Shown: positions 20,011 through 29,357 of the stretch, piece after piece
Position numbering within the stretch: position 1 is the stretch's first letter
Layout of the letters: each line of letters begins with the position of its first letter
IMG/VR virus record: IMGVR_UViG_3300033153_013547
Coordinates: 186,001-250,000 of that record
DNA: 64,000 nt
Direction: 5' to 3' (one strand)
Made by a program: the position numbers and the translations under genes
The notes under the pieces: generated by a model
The model's input: the letters and a program-made list of their open reading frames with translations, nothing else
The model's database searches: none
Told to the model about the DNA's origin: nothing

Positions 20011-23000
20011 TTACCCTGCCCATATCCTTATACCAATCCACTCAACATAGACATTTATCAATTCCATAGTTGGTCCAGGGGCAGGTATATCATTTCCTAC
20101 TGCCCATACCCCTATTCTCAAGCCACCATTAGTAGCAACAGTTGGAAGTGTTATGTTCCATGAGGCTTCATACCATGTATCATTAGCCATGTTCCCAAGC
20201 ACATCTGTTCTTCCTCTGGTTGTTATGGCATTAGCATTTGAAACATCATTCCACCACAAATAGAATTTATCCAAATAACTAACATCATTCACTTTTATCC
20301 TTGCCCTAATAGTTGCATCACCACCATTAGCCCATGCTTTGATTGGCACACCTATTGATACTTCAGACTGCTCATATGTAGGAACATCATCTCTTCGTGC
20401 CATCCATGACCATATTCCATGAGCATCTGTGCATCCATAATTAGCTCCAAAAGTGAAACCATATACTGGAGCAGCAGTTACTGTGGCTGCTGCAGTTTCC
20501 CCACCATGAGCAGTCATATCAGAATACCATCTTAGCCCACCTTCAGCATCTTCAGCAAGGTCTTGACCTTGGAAAACTTCTCCATTTTCAATACCTAATT
20601 GATGAACTTTTCCATTTGGGTCTACACCTTTGAAACGATTGTCATTGCTGTCATTGATCCATTGCCCATAATTAGCAATTATATCAGGGAGACCCAGATT
20701 TTGTTCCCTAGTAGAAAGAACACCCTCAACAGTTAGTAAAGTTACTGGTGCTGCTGTTCCTATACCAATTCTATCAAGACCAGCATCCAAGAAGAATAAA
20801 TTAGCATCTCCAGTAGAAGCCATCCTCCAATTGAAATCCCCTGCAGCATTATTGATCACAGTATCTGCCGTAGGTTGTCTTAACACATATTGGGTATGAA
20901 CATCTCCAACAGCAAGATTGTTCAATACATTGTGATCAATAGCAGTTTCATCTAAATCTATAGTAACAAAGTCCCCACCATCTGTGTAGGTTAAGGGTGT
21001 TAAAGTTCTCAAAACCCCATCATTAGAAGCTGCACCAATATATCCTGCTGTTGCTGCTGCATCTATTTTTACTTTTTCATCTGCTCCTCCTCCTGCTCCC
21101 CAACTAAGGACACCCCCACCATTTGTTTGTAAGACATCTCCTGCTCCACCATCAGCATTGGGTAACACCCAAATTTGATCTGCTCCTAGAGCAGGAGCCT
21201 CAAATCCTACATAATTAGTGCCTTCATAAAATCTACACTCACCTTGATCTTTGATCAGAACGTTTGTTGCTACTTGTAATTGGTCAGTTACATTTGTGCC
21301 TGTATAAGTAATTGTTCCAGAGGTTGAGTTGTTGATCAATACACAATCATGCAACTCTACAGTGCCACTGCTACTTGACTTTACATCATCATCTGTGGCA
21401 TTGAATACACAATTATCTGCATAAATATAGGCATTATCACCAGATGCATTGCTACCATAACTACTGGCTGCTGCACTTTCAGTAACCAATGTAGAACAAT
21501 TGTATAAATACAGAAAAGCATCATTAGAGGAACCATTATCATAACAATAAAATCCCCGTCCAGAGCCGCCACCAATAGAAAGCGTAGTTTGCACATTATA
21601 ACAACGTAGAGTGGTGGCTGCCTCAGAACTTGCAGTAGTATAATAGTAAATACCATAACAAGAATTATCAGTGGAAGTAATATTTATAGTTGTGTCCCAG
21701 ATCTCACCACTGGCACACAAGAAATAAATACCTCTCTGAATGCCAGTATGACTGTTCATATTTATCTCAACATTTTGGATAAAAATGTCAGTCAAATTAT
21801 TTCCACCACTACCATCAGCTCTGATACTATAACAACCTGCAGCAGTGACATCAATAGTTAGATCTCTGATACACACATGGCTAACAATAATATCAAAAAT
21901 GCTCTTACTGTCTGTAACACAGGTAATTGTAGTAATGCCCTTGCCCTGGCCAACAATAGATATACTTTTAGTAATATCAATATTGTCTGTAATAGTATAT
22001 GTGCCAGCAGCCAATACCAGAGTGTCACCTGCAGTTGCTGCGGTTATGGCAGCATCAATATCATCAGTAATATCTAAATAAGTAATGTTGCTACCAGTAA
22101 TCTCAAGATTTTTTGTAGTTGTTTTCCCAGTGGTGATTAGGTTTTCGTCATCAAAACTGATATCTCCACCAGTGGCAGTTATCTCAAGATCTGCACTTAC
22201 TGCAGCGATATGACATATATCTGGGATAGTGGTTGTTGTAAAACTTAGATAATTAGTATTATCACCACTTGCTTTTAGATTGAAAGATCCTGTGGTTTTG
22301 AAGTCAAAATTACCACCATCTGAATTAACGCCGTCATGTTCTAAAACATCTCCATCATGAAGATGTGCAGGTATGGGCCCCCAAGACAGAACTCCTGCTC
22401 CATTGGTTATCAATAGATCATTGAGATTTCCATCAACAGCAGGTAATACCCAGATCTGGTCCGCACCTAATGCTGGAGCCTCAAATCCTACATAATTAGC
22501 ACCCTCATAAAAACGAAGTTCGTTGTTGGAACCTCCAATAAGTATGTTGCCACTTGTCTGCAAACTATGAATATCTACATCCCCATTCTTATCCCATTCA
22601 TAGAGTGTAACAACACCAATCTTCATTGTAGTAGGTATTGGTGCCCCTGGGTCTGGGTTGGCTGTTCTGATAATTTTTATCCAATAGCCTGCACTTGTTT
22701 CTGCACCACCTGGGTCTCCATTATTTGTCCAGAGAGCAGATATGTCTTCTAAGGGCCAGTGAATAAGCCCTGATTTCTGGAAACCATCTGTGGCATCTTC
22801 TGGATAAAATTGTGTCCAAGTATCTGCTGCTGTATTATACCAAAAAGTTGGGGTCACAGGCTTTGTCCCTGGTGTCCCCATAACAACTTCTATTTCTGAA
22901 AATTGAGAAGTAGAGCCAATATAAACCTCATCATTTTTTTTCACAAAACATTCTATGCCATCTATACCATCAGCCCAATTTACTCCACTATTGATTTTTC

Positions 23001-24705
23001 TACCAGCATATTCTGTCTGTGAAGGAGAGGCATAAGTGCCAATATGTTGATGAATAGGTGCAACATAAGCATGAACACCCAGCCCCACAATCTTCCCACT
23101 TGGCTCACCATTAGCAGTAGAAACATCAAAGAAATGAATATGTGAATTGGCATGTTGCAAACTTACATCAGCAATAGCATCATAAGCAGTAAAAAGTGCT
23201 CCTGCTGTGTTTGGAACAGAGAAGTCATGATGAATGTCTCCCTCTGTAATATGAATTGCATCTGTATTAGCTCTTGCTGGGCCAATAAGACCAGAAGGCA
23301 TTACAATCCTAATACCCTCAAGGCTTTCTGGAACATTAGACGCATCTACTCCACTCAAATTAACGGCTATTCCTCTAATTCTTGTGTCTGCTCCAGTGGG
23401 GTCTAAAGCATCACCCAAAATACGAAGACAAGTAAGATGAGCCTCAGCATCCAGTGCAACTTGGTTCTGTATGTCTATAATTTGATTACCTGTTCCAGTA
23501 GCAATAGATGGCTTTACTTCAAGTGCTCCTGTGAGTGGATCATTTGAACAATCTAACTTTAGAAAAGTAGCATCTACTTCTGCTTCTGTGTAATATCTAT
23601 TATCTAACTGCCCAGCATCAAGTTCTACTTGAGTATAAAATCTTGCTTCTGGGTCTTGCCAGGCAGGAATGCCTGCTGCTATACCAAGATAATCACCTGC
23701 ACTGCCTATACCAAGTCTTGTGGGTGTGCCTGTGTTGTTAGAGGAATAAATAATGTCTCCAGTGGTTGTAAGGGGGTTGGTTATTGCTGCTACCCATGCT
23801 GTATTGTTGCCATAATACATGGTGTGGGTATCTTCTGCATAAATTACTTTGCTCTCATCATCTGCTGTCCATGTTGGTAAAGTTTCTGCACGTTCTATTT
23901 CACAATATCCATTGAAATAACTTACTGGTAGCTCAAATCTTGAAAGGGTATTCCCCTCCACATATATTTCTATAGTTGGATCAACAACTGAAGAACCCTC
24001 AAGATCATCAACTATAATGGCATGTAGTTTTACAACAATTCTATCTGTCTGGCTGATCAAATGATCCCTGAGTTTGATCTCAAGATTGAATTCTTCTTGG
24101 GGTATGTATTCAGATGGTATAGTGTCAGACGTTTCTCTCTGTAATTCTGGAGATAATTGACTAATTGCCAATAGGGTTTCTACCCCAGTTTCACTCCTGG
24201 AGTAAATATCATAATATAGTCTTATGCCTCTATATTGAGCACTTATTCTCAATGCATGAATATGCATGTGAGCTATTCCATCACCAATTACTTCAACTCC
24301 AGGAACACCTACGTCTGTGATCCATTGACCTATAATATTGTCTTCATATGTAAGCACAAAACGTAGAGCTGTTACATTGTTGGGTGATCTTGTCTCCAAC
24401 ATTTCCATGTAATCAGTTACATCAGAAGTGGATTCATCTGAATATAAATAATAATATATGGAATTAGGGTTGTGTCCTAATGGTTCCCATCCAAAATAAT
24501 CTCCTGAATAATTTACTCCTTCATTTCTTTCATATATCAAGGAACCCTGTCTTCTTTCTGTCCAGTGGGGTAAAGATAACAATCTACGGATAAGTGATCC
24601 ATTTTGTGTAAGAGTATTGACTGTATTCCTAACCAACGTTTGTTGCTTGTTGATTAGTTCTCTTTTCAGGGATTCTTGTGATTGAGCCATGAACACTACA
24701 TCCAA
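20011..24705 (-). CDS. tail fibre / receptor-binding protein with pectin-lyase-like beta-helix (likely start ATG 24690)
   Basis: Fibre motifs LTTTGDIIY...RLGIG, RYYTEAEVD and RIGIGTAAP; beta-helix entry IDAAITAATAGDTLVLAAGTYTI; internal repeat. Confidence 0.8.
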   Translation of the reverse strand: MDVVFMAQSQESLKRELINKQQTLVRNTVNTLTQNGSLIRRLLSLPHWTERRQGSLIYERNEGVNYSGDYFGWEPLGHNPNSIYYYLYSDESTSDVTDYMEMLETRSPNNVTALRFVLTYEDNIIGQWITDVGVPGVEVIGDGIAHMHIHALRISAQYRGIRLYYDIYSRSETGVETLLAISQLSPELQRETSDTIPSEYIPQEEFNLEIKLRDHLISQTDRIVVKLHAIIVDDLEGSSVVDPTIEIYVEGNTLSRFELPVSYFNGYCEIERAETLPTWTADDESKVIYAEDTHTMYYGNNTAWVAAITNPLTTTGDIIYSSNNTGTPTRLGIGSAGDYLGIAAGIPAWQDPEARFYTQVELDAGQLDNRYYTEAEVDATFLKLDCSNDPLTGALEVKPSIATGTGNQIIDIQNQVALDAEAHLTCLRILGDALDPTGADTRIRGIAVNLSGVDASNVPESLEGIRIVMPSGLIGPARANTDAIHITEGDIHHDFSVPNTAGALFTAYDAIADVSLQHANSHIHFFDVSTANGEPSGKIVGLGVHAYVAPIHQHIGTYASPSQTEYAGRKINSGVNWADGIDGIECFVKKNDEVYIGSTSQFSEIEVVMGTPGTKPVTPTFWYNTAADTWTQFYPEDATDGFQKSGLIHWPLEDISALWTNNGDPGGAETSAGYWIKIIRTANPDPGAPIPTTMKIGVVTLYEWDKNGDVDIHSLQTSGNILIGGSNNELRFYEGANYVGFEAPALGADQIWVLPAVDGNLNDLLITNGAGVLSWGPIPAHLHDGDVLEHDGVNSDGGNFDFKTTGSFNLKASGDNTNYLSFTTTTIPDICHIAAVSADLEITATGGDISFDDENLITTGKTTTKNLEITGSNITYLDITDDIDAAITAATAGDTLVLAAGTYTITDNIDITKSISIVGQGKGITTITCVTDSKSIFDIIVSHVCIRDLTIDVTAAGCYSIRADGSGGNNLTDIFIQNVEINMNSHTGIQRGIYFLCASGEIWDTTINITSTDNSCYGIYYYTTASSEAATTLRCYNVQTTLSIGGGSGRGFYCYDNGSSNDAFLYLYNCSTLVTESAAASSYGSNASGDNAYIYADNCVFNATDDDVKSSSSGTVELHDCVLINNSTSGTITYTGTNVTDQLQVATNVLIKDQGECRFYEGTNYVGFEAPALGADQIWVLPNADGGAGDVLQTNGGGVLSWGAGGGADEKVKIDAAATAGYIGAASNDGVLRTLTPLTYTDGGDFVTIDLDETAIDHNVLNNLAVGDVHTQYVLRQPTADTVINNAAGDFNWRMASTGDANLFFLDAGLDRIGIGTAAPVTLLTVEGVLSTREQNLGLPDIIANYGQWINDSNDNRFKGVDPNGKVHQLGIENGEVFQGQDLAEDAEGGLRWYSDMTAHGGETAAATVTAAPVYGFTFGANYGCTDAHGIWSWMARRDDVPTYEQSEVSIGVPIKAWANGGDATIRARIKVNDVSYLDKFYLWWNDVSNANAITTRGRTDVLGNMANDTWYEASWNITLPTVATNGGLRIGVWAVGNDIPAPGPTMELINVYVEWIGIRIWAG
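21097..22521 (-). repeat. intragenic direct repeat (~48 aa; copies 21097-21240 and 22377-22521)
   Basis: RFYEGxNYVGFEAPALGADQIWVLP..DG...D.L.TNG.GVLSWG occurs twice; identical 25 nt ggagcctcaaatcctacataattag at 21194 and 22475. Confidence 0.9.
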
Positions 24706-24743
24706 TTATATCATACATGCAGTCCTAAGTTTTTTTAGGACTG
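24704..24743 (-). promoter_or_regulatory. extended -10 promoter (TGaTATAAT) with upstream 9-bp inverted repeat
   Basis: Minus strand reads CAGTCCTAA-aaaaac-TTAGGACTG-catgta-TGATATAAT just before the tail fibre start. Confidence 0.45.
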
Positions 24744-24744
24744 G

Positions 24745-25332
24745 CTATTCAACTATAAATGATTCTCCATTGGTGTTGAGTATTTTATAAGGAGGCTTTA
24801 CATTAGAAGCTGTAGCTCCACCAGTTCTAAGAGTTAGAGCCAACCTATCTATTGAACTCATATTTAGATTCATAGTTGCATATAAAGCACCATAGGCTTG
24901 TGAAACAGCAATACCAATTGCAGCAAAGTCATAAGGATGTTCAATATGAGCAAATGATCCATCAATAATATACATATTCCCAGGCCAAGCTACAATGGTG
25001 TGACCAAGAATGTAGGCTCTGTTGTTGTCTTCAGAAATAAATAGGCCATCTCCCGTGGCCTCAATCAAGTTGTTGATGAATTCCCACATAATTTGGTCAG
25101 AAGATCGAAAGTTCCCTCTTTTGTCAGTAGTTTTAGGGAATTTCATGCTGTTCTGGAGTATTTTGATAAATCTCACACAACCAGCAGAGCCAACAATAAA
25201 TCCATCCTTGGCAAAAACTTTAAGCAAATTAGAATTAGATATACAATACTCATCACCATCCACACTGATACTACTATCAGCACCCATCCAAATTACGTCG
25301 TCTTTACCATGAATACCAACAACAAGTGTCAT
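24745..25332 (-). CDS. HslV/proteasome-beta-like Ntn-hydrolase protease
   Basis: (M)TLVVG...MGADS...KVF...GSAG...AAIG pattern with N-terminal Thr; ATGA overlap with the upstream stop. Confidence 0.75.
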   Translation of the reverse strand: MTLVVGIHGKDDVIWMGADSSISVDGDEYCISNSNLLKVFAKDGFIVGSAGCVRFIKILQNSMKFPKTTDKRGNFRSSDQIMWEFINNLIEATGDGLFISEDNNRAYILGHTIVAWPGNMYIIDGSFAHIEHPYDFAAIGIAVSQAYGALYATMNLNMSSIDRLALTLRTGGATASNVKPPYKILNTNGESFIVE

Positions 25333-25745
25333 ACACAACTCCTGACAAAAGCTTTCCTGTCTAATATATTAGTCTCAATACCAAATTTCTGTAGTATATT
25401 CTCAAATATTTCTGTGTGGCTCTGTGATGATCTTATTGTAAGTGTTTTCTGTGTAGCAACTTGTGAAATTCCTTCAATCAATATAACCATGTAGTCAGCA
25501 CTATGACCAAATCTAATAATAAACACTGGTATGCTATTATTAGCCATAGCTCGTCTAAAATGGACTACTAAACCTTCTCTGCTCAAAATATATTTATTAC
25601 TTGACGTATGTTTGGCTTCTACATAGTAGCCCTGCCCACGAACATCAGATTTGTCTATAGGTTTGGCGCCGGAGGCGACCGTGCGCCTCCCGGATAGGTC
25701 CTTGGCAATGTCTTCCTCCAAAATTATCCAGTTAGGCTTTCCCAT
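25329..25745 (-). CDS. PD-(D/E)XK nuclease, Holliday-junction-resolvase-like
   Basis: E...SGA..DKSDV.....VEAKHT motif. Confidence 0.7.
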   Translation of the reverse strand: MGKPNWIILEEDIAKDLSGRRTVASGAKPIDKSDVRGQGYYVEAKHTSSNKYILSREGLVVHFRRAMANNSIPVFIIRFGHSADYMVILIEGISQVATQKTLTIRSSQSHTEIFENILQKFGIETNILDRKAFVRSCV

Positions 25746-25996
25746 TATCCCCTGATATTTCTTGGATCCTTGCCATATGTTCTCTTGTCCTTGGATATTG
25801 TGCCATCTACATTGTGAATAGTTAGCTCTGCCTTACCACCTTCTTCCTTGATAGCACGACCAACTTCTACAGCCTTCCTGACTGTCTTTGACTTAGTGCT
25901 ATACACGTCTAATATCCTTCCGTTCTTCTTGACTTTCCACTCTTTGCTTTTTTTATTATACGTTACACTCAAATTTTGTCTTTTCTTACTCATCAT
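25745..25996 (-). CDS. DUF2188-family small protein
   Basis: WKVKKNG...TKSKTVRKAVEVGR...ELTIHNVDGTI...TYGKDPRNIRG. Confidence 0.8.
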   Translation of the reverse strand: MMSKKRQNLSVTYNKKSKEWKVKKNGRILDVYSTKSKTVRKAVEVGRAIKEEGGKAELTIHNVDGTISKDKRTYGKDPRNIRG

Positions 25997-26320
25997 TTAT
26001 TCCTTTGCAAAACCTTTTCCATTATCATACATATCTAAGGGATTACACACAATCTCTTCATCCATATCAATCTTTTGAGCAAGATATTGGGACACTATTC
26101 CTGCCTCAAAAATAGCTGAAGACCCAGACATCGCAAAACCCTTATGGTTTGTCACAACAACCTGATCATTATCTACAAGTATTTCCCAAAGAAAATAACA
26201 TTGCTTGTTTTCATCATGAGTCTTAGTAATTGTTACAACAAACAAGAAATTGAAATATTTGAACTTGGCTACTGACATGCCATCCATTCCTTCTACTTCT
26301 TCAAAATATAGATCCATCAT
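25997..26320 (-). CDS. hypothetical protein
   Basis: ORF with GAGGAG RBS in a tightly packed operon. Confidence 0.6.
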   Translation of the reverse strand: MMDLYFEEVEGMDGMSVAKFKYFNFLFVVTITKTHDENKQCYFLWEILVDNDQVVVTNHKGFAMSGSSAIFEAGIVSQYLAQKIDMDEEIVCNPLDMYDNGKGFAKE

Positions 26321-26647
26321 TTACTCCTCAATTCTTTTTACCTGATCAATTGAAATAGGCTCATAGCACCTTATTTGCCAATCATCACCTGCATACTTTC
26401 CTACAGGCAGCGTTACTTCCAACAATACTTCTGGAACAGCCCATTCTCCACTGCCATCGTTTTTGCCATATCGAGCATGTTCTTTCTTCAAAGCAAGCCA
26501 TGTTACACGACTCATCAAAGAGCCTTCCCAATATTGGTTCTTACGCCCCCATAAAACCCCTTCTTCCTGTATTTCCTTCCATGCTTTCTCTGTTGTGGCA
26601 TGATATGCCTTAAAGACTGGTTTATTCATCAACACTTCTTCCGTCAT
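26321..26647 (-). CDS. small ADP-ribosyltransferase-fold-like protein
   Basis: AYHATT...IQEEGV...VTWLA...VLLEV pattern typical of Tpt1/KptA-like ART folds. Confidence 0.45.
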   Translation of the reverse strand: MTEEVLMNKPVFKAYHATTEKAWKEIQEEGVLWGRKNQYWEGSLMSRVTWLALKKEHARYGKNDGSGEWAVPEVLLEVTLPVGKYAGDDWQIRCYEPISIDQVKRIEE

Positions 26648-26736
26648 TTATTTTGTCACCCCAATGACTATACATACTTCCTGCCATCAATAAATCTCTG
26701 TAAAACTTTCTCTTGAATGCTCTTGTTCAGTTCATT

Positions 26737-27024
26737 TTACTCATCATCCAAATACTCAGGCTCATATTCTTCCCCATCCATATATGCCTGTATTTTTTTA
26801 TATGCTTGTTTTCTATTGTTGTCAGCCTCAGCATTTTTCTCTGCATTCTCTGCTGCTTTTCTTAATATTGTGGTTGTTTTGTATTTCAACACTTCTTCTA
26901 CTCGTGAATCTGGCTGATCATCTCTCCATGCCTTACATTTAGGACAGCATTCCATAGACTTTGGATGAATATAATCATGCTCACATTCACAATCCCAATA
27001 CCTTGGATCAAGTTCAATAGTCAT
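26737..27024 (-). CDS. Cys/His-rich (zinc-binding) phage protein
   Basis: WDCECEHDYIH...CPKC. Confidence 0.6.
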   Translation of the reverse strand: MTIELDPRYWDCECEHDYIHPKSMECCPKCKAWRDDQPDSRVEEVLKYKTTTILRKAAENAEKNAEADNNRKQAYKKIQAYMDGEEYEPEYLDDE

Positions 27025-27030
27025 TTTGTC

Positions 27031-27381
27031 TCACCTCACATTCACTGGTTTGTCTGTTATATCTATCAGACAAAGATTTGGGGCATCTCCATAACCATCA
27101 GACCCATCTATCTCAAGATAGAAGATCTTCTTCTCTTGTAGAACATTGTATAAATAGTCAATGATACCATCTATATCATATTGATCTATCTTATTTACAA
27201 ATGCCTTTGTAAAATAACTATATTCATCCTCATCAAAAGATCCTGATGTAATAGAACTCTTGATGTTATCAAGATCTGGCTTGAACCGTTTAAACAGATT
27301 CTTTATGCCTTCTTTGCTATAATTCACTAGATAAATATATTCACCACCAAATGAAGTATAAACTATCATTGTTGTCGTCAT
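27031..27381 (-). CDS. hypothetical protein
   Basis: ORF with GGAGG RBS. Confidence 0.6.
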   Translation of the reverse strand: MTTTMIVYTSFGGEYIYLVNYSKEGIKNLFKRFKPDLDNIKSSITSGSFDEDEYSYFTKAFVNKIDQYDIDGIIDYLYNVLQEKKIFYLEIDGSDGYGDAPNLCLIDITDKPVNVR

Positions 27382-27595
27382 TGTGCTTCCTCCACTTTTT
27401 ATTATTGACTACCAGCAGAATTACCCAGTTAGGTTTTTTCATTCTGACCCCTGTTTATCAACCCATTATATGATTGTTGCTCTATACAAATGGACATTCC
27501 CGTCATCTGCTATAGCATAGAAATACCATGTAACCTGATCATTAGAATAGTACGCTACTCCATCTATTATAACTGTATAAGCAAAACCACTGTTA

Positions 27596-27934
27596 TCACT
27601 TACATCCCCAAATAAAGTAGATTATATGAATAATTATGGACGATACAGATAGCAAGATTGCCCAATTGGCTTTCCAGATAGCACTTCTACCAAGAAAAAT
27701 GTCTCTCGCATCCTTCAGATCATTTTTCCAGTGTTCCTCGCTTAAACATATTTCTCTACCATAATAAATTGCGCTCGGATCAGCGTAAATTTTAACCCTC
27801 CACCACTTATTTCGTATATCAATAATGGTTTTGTCTGGCAGCATTTTAGAATACAAACTTTCTAAACGCAATCTTTCTTTACTTTCACGGGTAGGCAGAT
27901 CTGACTTACTTTGTCCTATGATCTCATCATTCAT
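27596..27934 (-). CDS. C-terminally membrane-anchored protein (paralogue of 31997-32308)
   Basis: SKERLRLESLYSKMLP...WWRV...CL...WKNDLKDA plus TM tail. Confidence 0.7.
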   Translation of the reverse strand: MNDEIIGQSKSDLPTRESKERLRLESLYSKMLPDKTIIDIRNKWWRVKIYADPSAIYYGREICLSEEHWKNDLKDARDIFLGRSAIWKANWAILLSVSSIIIHIIYFIWGCK

Positions 27935-27991
27935 TTTTTCACCTCTTACCTCTTTATTATCCTTATCCCATCTCCTTCCATGATCACCCAG

Positions 27992-28345
27992 TTAGGTTTG
28001 GGGAACAATAGCAACACCTGCTACTCCTTCATCAGAATCATTTAGTAATTGATCTATAAGGTCTTGAACTTTTTTGTCATCTTGCTGGGCTTTTTTTATT
28101 GCAATTATCAGTTGAATAGCATCAACAATACTCATAACAGACATGATCAAGAGCAATGCAGCAGCAATTTGGGGATTGATGCCAAGGAACTTGACGAGAC
28201 GAAATGCCTGTGTTTTAGCGTTTCCTTTTAGAATATACCTGCCAACAAACACAGTCAGACCCCTAATACCATATATGCCTCCAATACCGATAGTCATCCC
28301 ATCACGAGTTTTTTGCCACCAAGATTTTGACTGTTCGTTCATCAC
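27992..28345 (-). CDS. 2-TM membrane protein
   Basis: Two hydrophobic segments; AGGAG RBS. Confidence 0.65.
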   Translation of the reverse strand: MMNEQSKSWWQKTRDGMTIGIGGIYGIRGLTVFVGRYILKGNAKTQAFRLVKFLGINPQIAAALLLIMSVMSIVDAIQLIIAIKKAQQDDKKVQDLIDQLLNDSDEGVAGVAIVPQT

Positions 28346-28360
28346 TTGTTCTCCTATCTC

Positions 28361-28882
28361 TTATTTCTTCAAGTTTCTATCCAAATCCAGCATACGAATT
28401 ATGATTTGCTGGGGATTGATATCAGATCCTTTGCTACGATTGAACGATTTATCAACCATCATCATATTTGACACGGTTGTTTGACCGCCTTTTGAATATG
28501 GTATCACATGATCTGCATCCATATTGCTCAATGCCTTATCAAGATTATAGTATGTTTTGTCTGTCATAGGACATTGCATGCCTTGTTTGGCAGCAACTTC
28601 TGCACGTATTTTATCACTAAAAATACGCTTACTTCCACCAGCAAATCGTCCATTATAAATGAATCCTGCTATATTGATCACATTTGCCACACAATATGTT
28701 GCAAGCAATAGACCAATAGTCATTCCCAAGATGTTTTTGTTAGCATTTTCTATAACTATGTAACCATCTTTGTAATAGTTTTGCACAAGAAACTTTGCAT
28801 TTTCGTATGATAATCTGCCATCACGAACTAATTGTCTGATGTCTTGATAGTCTATACGATAGCCCGTGTCCTTCTGTTTCAT
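28361..28882 (-). CDS. membrane-associated HNH endonuclease
   Basis: Hydrophobic ILGMTIGLLLATYCVANVINIAGFIY, then DADHVIPYSKGGQTTVSN...NRSKG (HNH). Confidence 0.75.
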   Translation of the reverse strand: MKQKDTGYRIDYQDIRQLVRDGRLSYENAKFLVQNYYKDGYIVIENANKNILGMTIGLLLATYCVANVINIAGFIYNGRFAGGSKRIFSDKIRAEVAAKQGMQCPMTDKTYYNLDKALSNMDADHVIPYSKGGQTTVSNMMMVDKSFNRSKGSDINPQQIIIRMLDLDRNLKK

Positions 28883-28898
28883 TTACTTTTACCTCAAG

Positions 28899-29342
28899 TT
28901 AATCAGATACAGAAACCGAATAATAATGTTCTCCAGTTTCTCTATTTATCCAGCTCCATGTACAGGTTATCAAATAACCTTCATCGTCCAATCGTCCTTC
29001 CCAAATCTCGTCAGCATGACCATATGGAGAAACTTTTTTGAAACCACAAACATGCATTCTATTCAAAAATGTTTGATAATCACCCTTCATGTGATTACCA
29101 AAACCTATTTTGATGACTTGTATATCTTGTGTGTGATCATCAGTTATATGATTGTCGATTGTCTCTTTAGCGGGTGCTATAATATCTGTTTTCCCCTTGT
29201 CAATGGTTTCTTCTGATATAAAGGACGACATTGATAAACTCTGTAAAATCATTCCAACAAACAATGAAATGATAATACATACGATAAGGGCTCCGGCAGG
29301 TACACCCTGCCCCTTTGGCTTGTTACTATATTTGTTGGTCAT
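28899..29342 (-). CDS. single-pass membrane protein
   Basis: N-terminal TM ALIVCIIISLFVGMIL; GGGAG RBS. Confidence 0.65.
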   Translation of the reverse strand: MTNKYSNKPKGQGVPAGALIVCIIISLFVGMILQSLSMSSFISEETIDKGKTDIIAPAKETIDNHITDDHTQDIQVIKIGFGNHMKGDYQTFLNRMHVCGFKKVSPYGHADEIWEGRLDDEGYLITCTWSWINRETGEHYYSVSVSD

Positions 29343-29357
29343 TAGCCACTCTCCCGA

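Noticed and set aside
20011-24705. Diversity-generating retroelement acting on the tail fibre
   Set aside because: No reverse transcriptase in the window; repeat differences are not adenine-specific and both copies are coding.
25728-27996. Integron attC array (GTTRRRY cores)
   Set aside because: No paired R''/R' boxes, no attC-length hairpins and no integron integrase in the window; the motif is better explained as duplicated gene starts.
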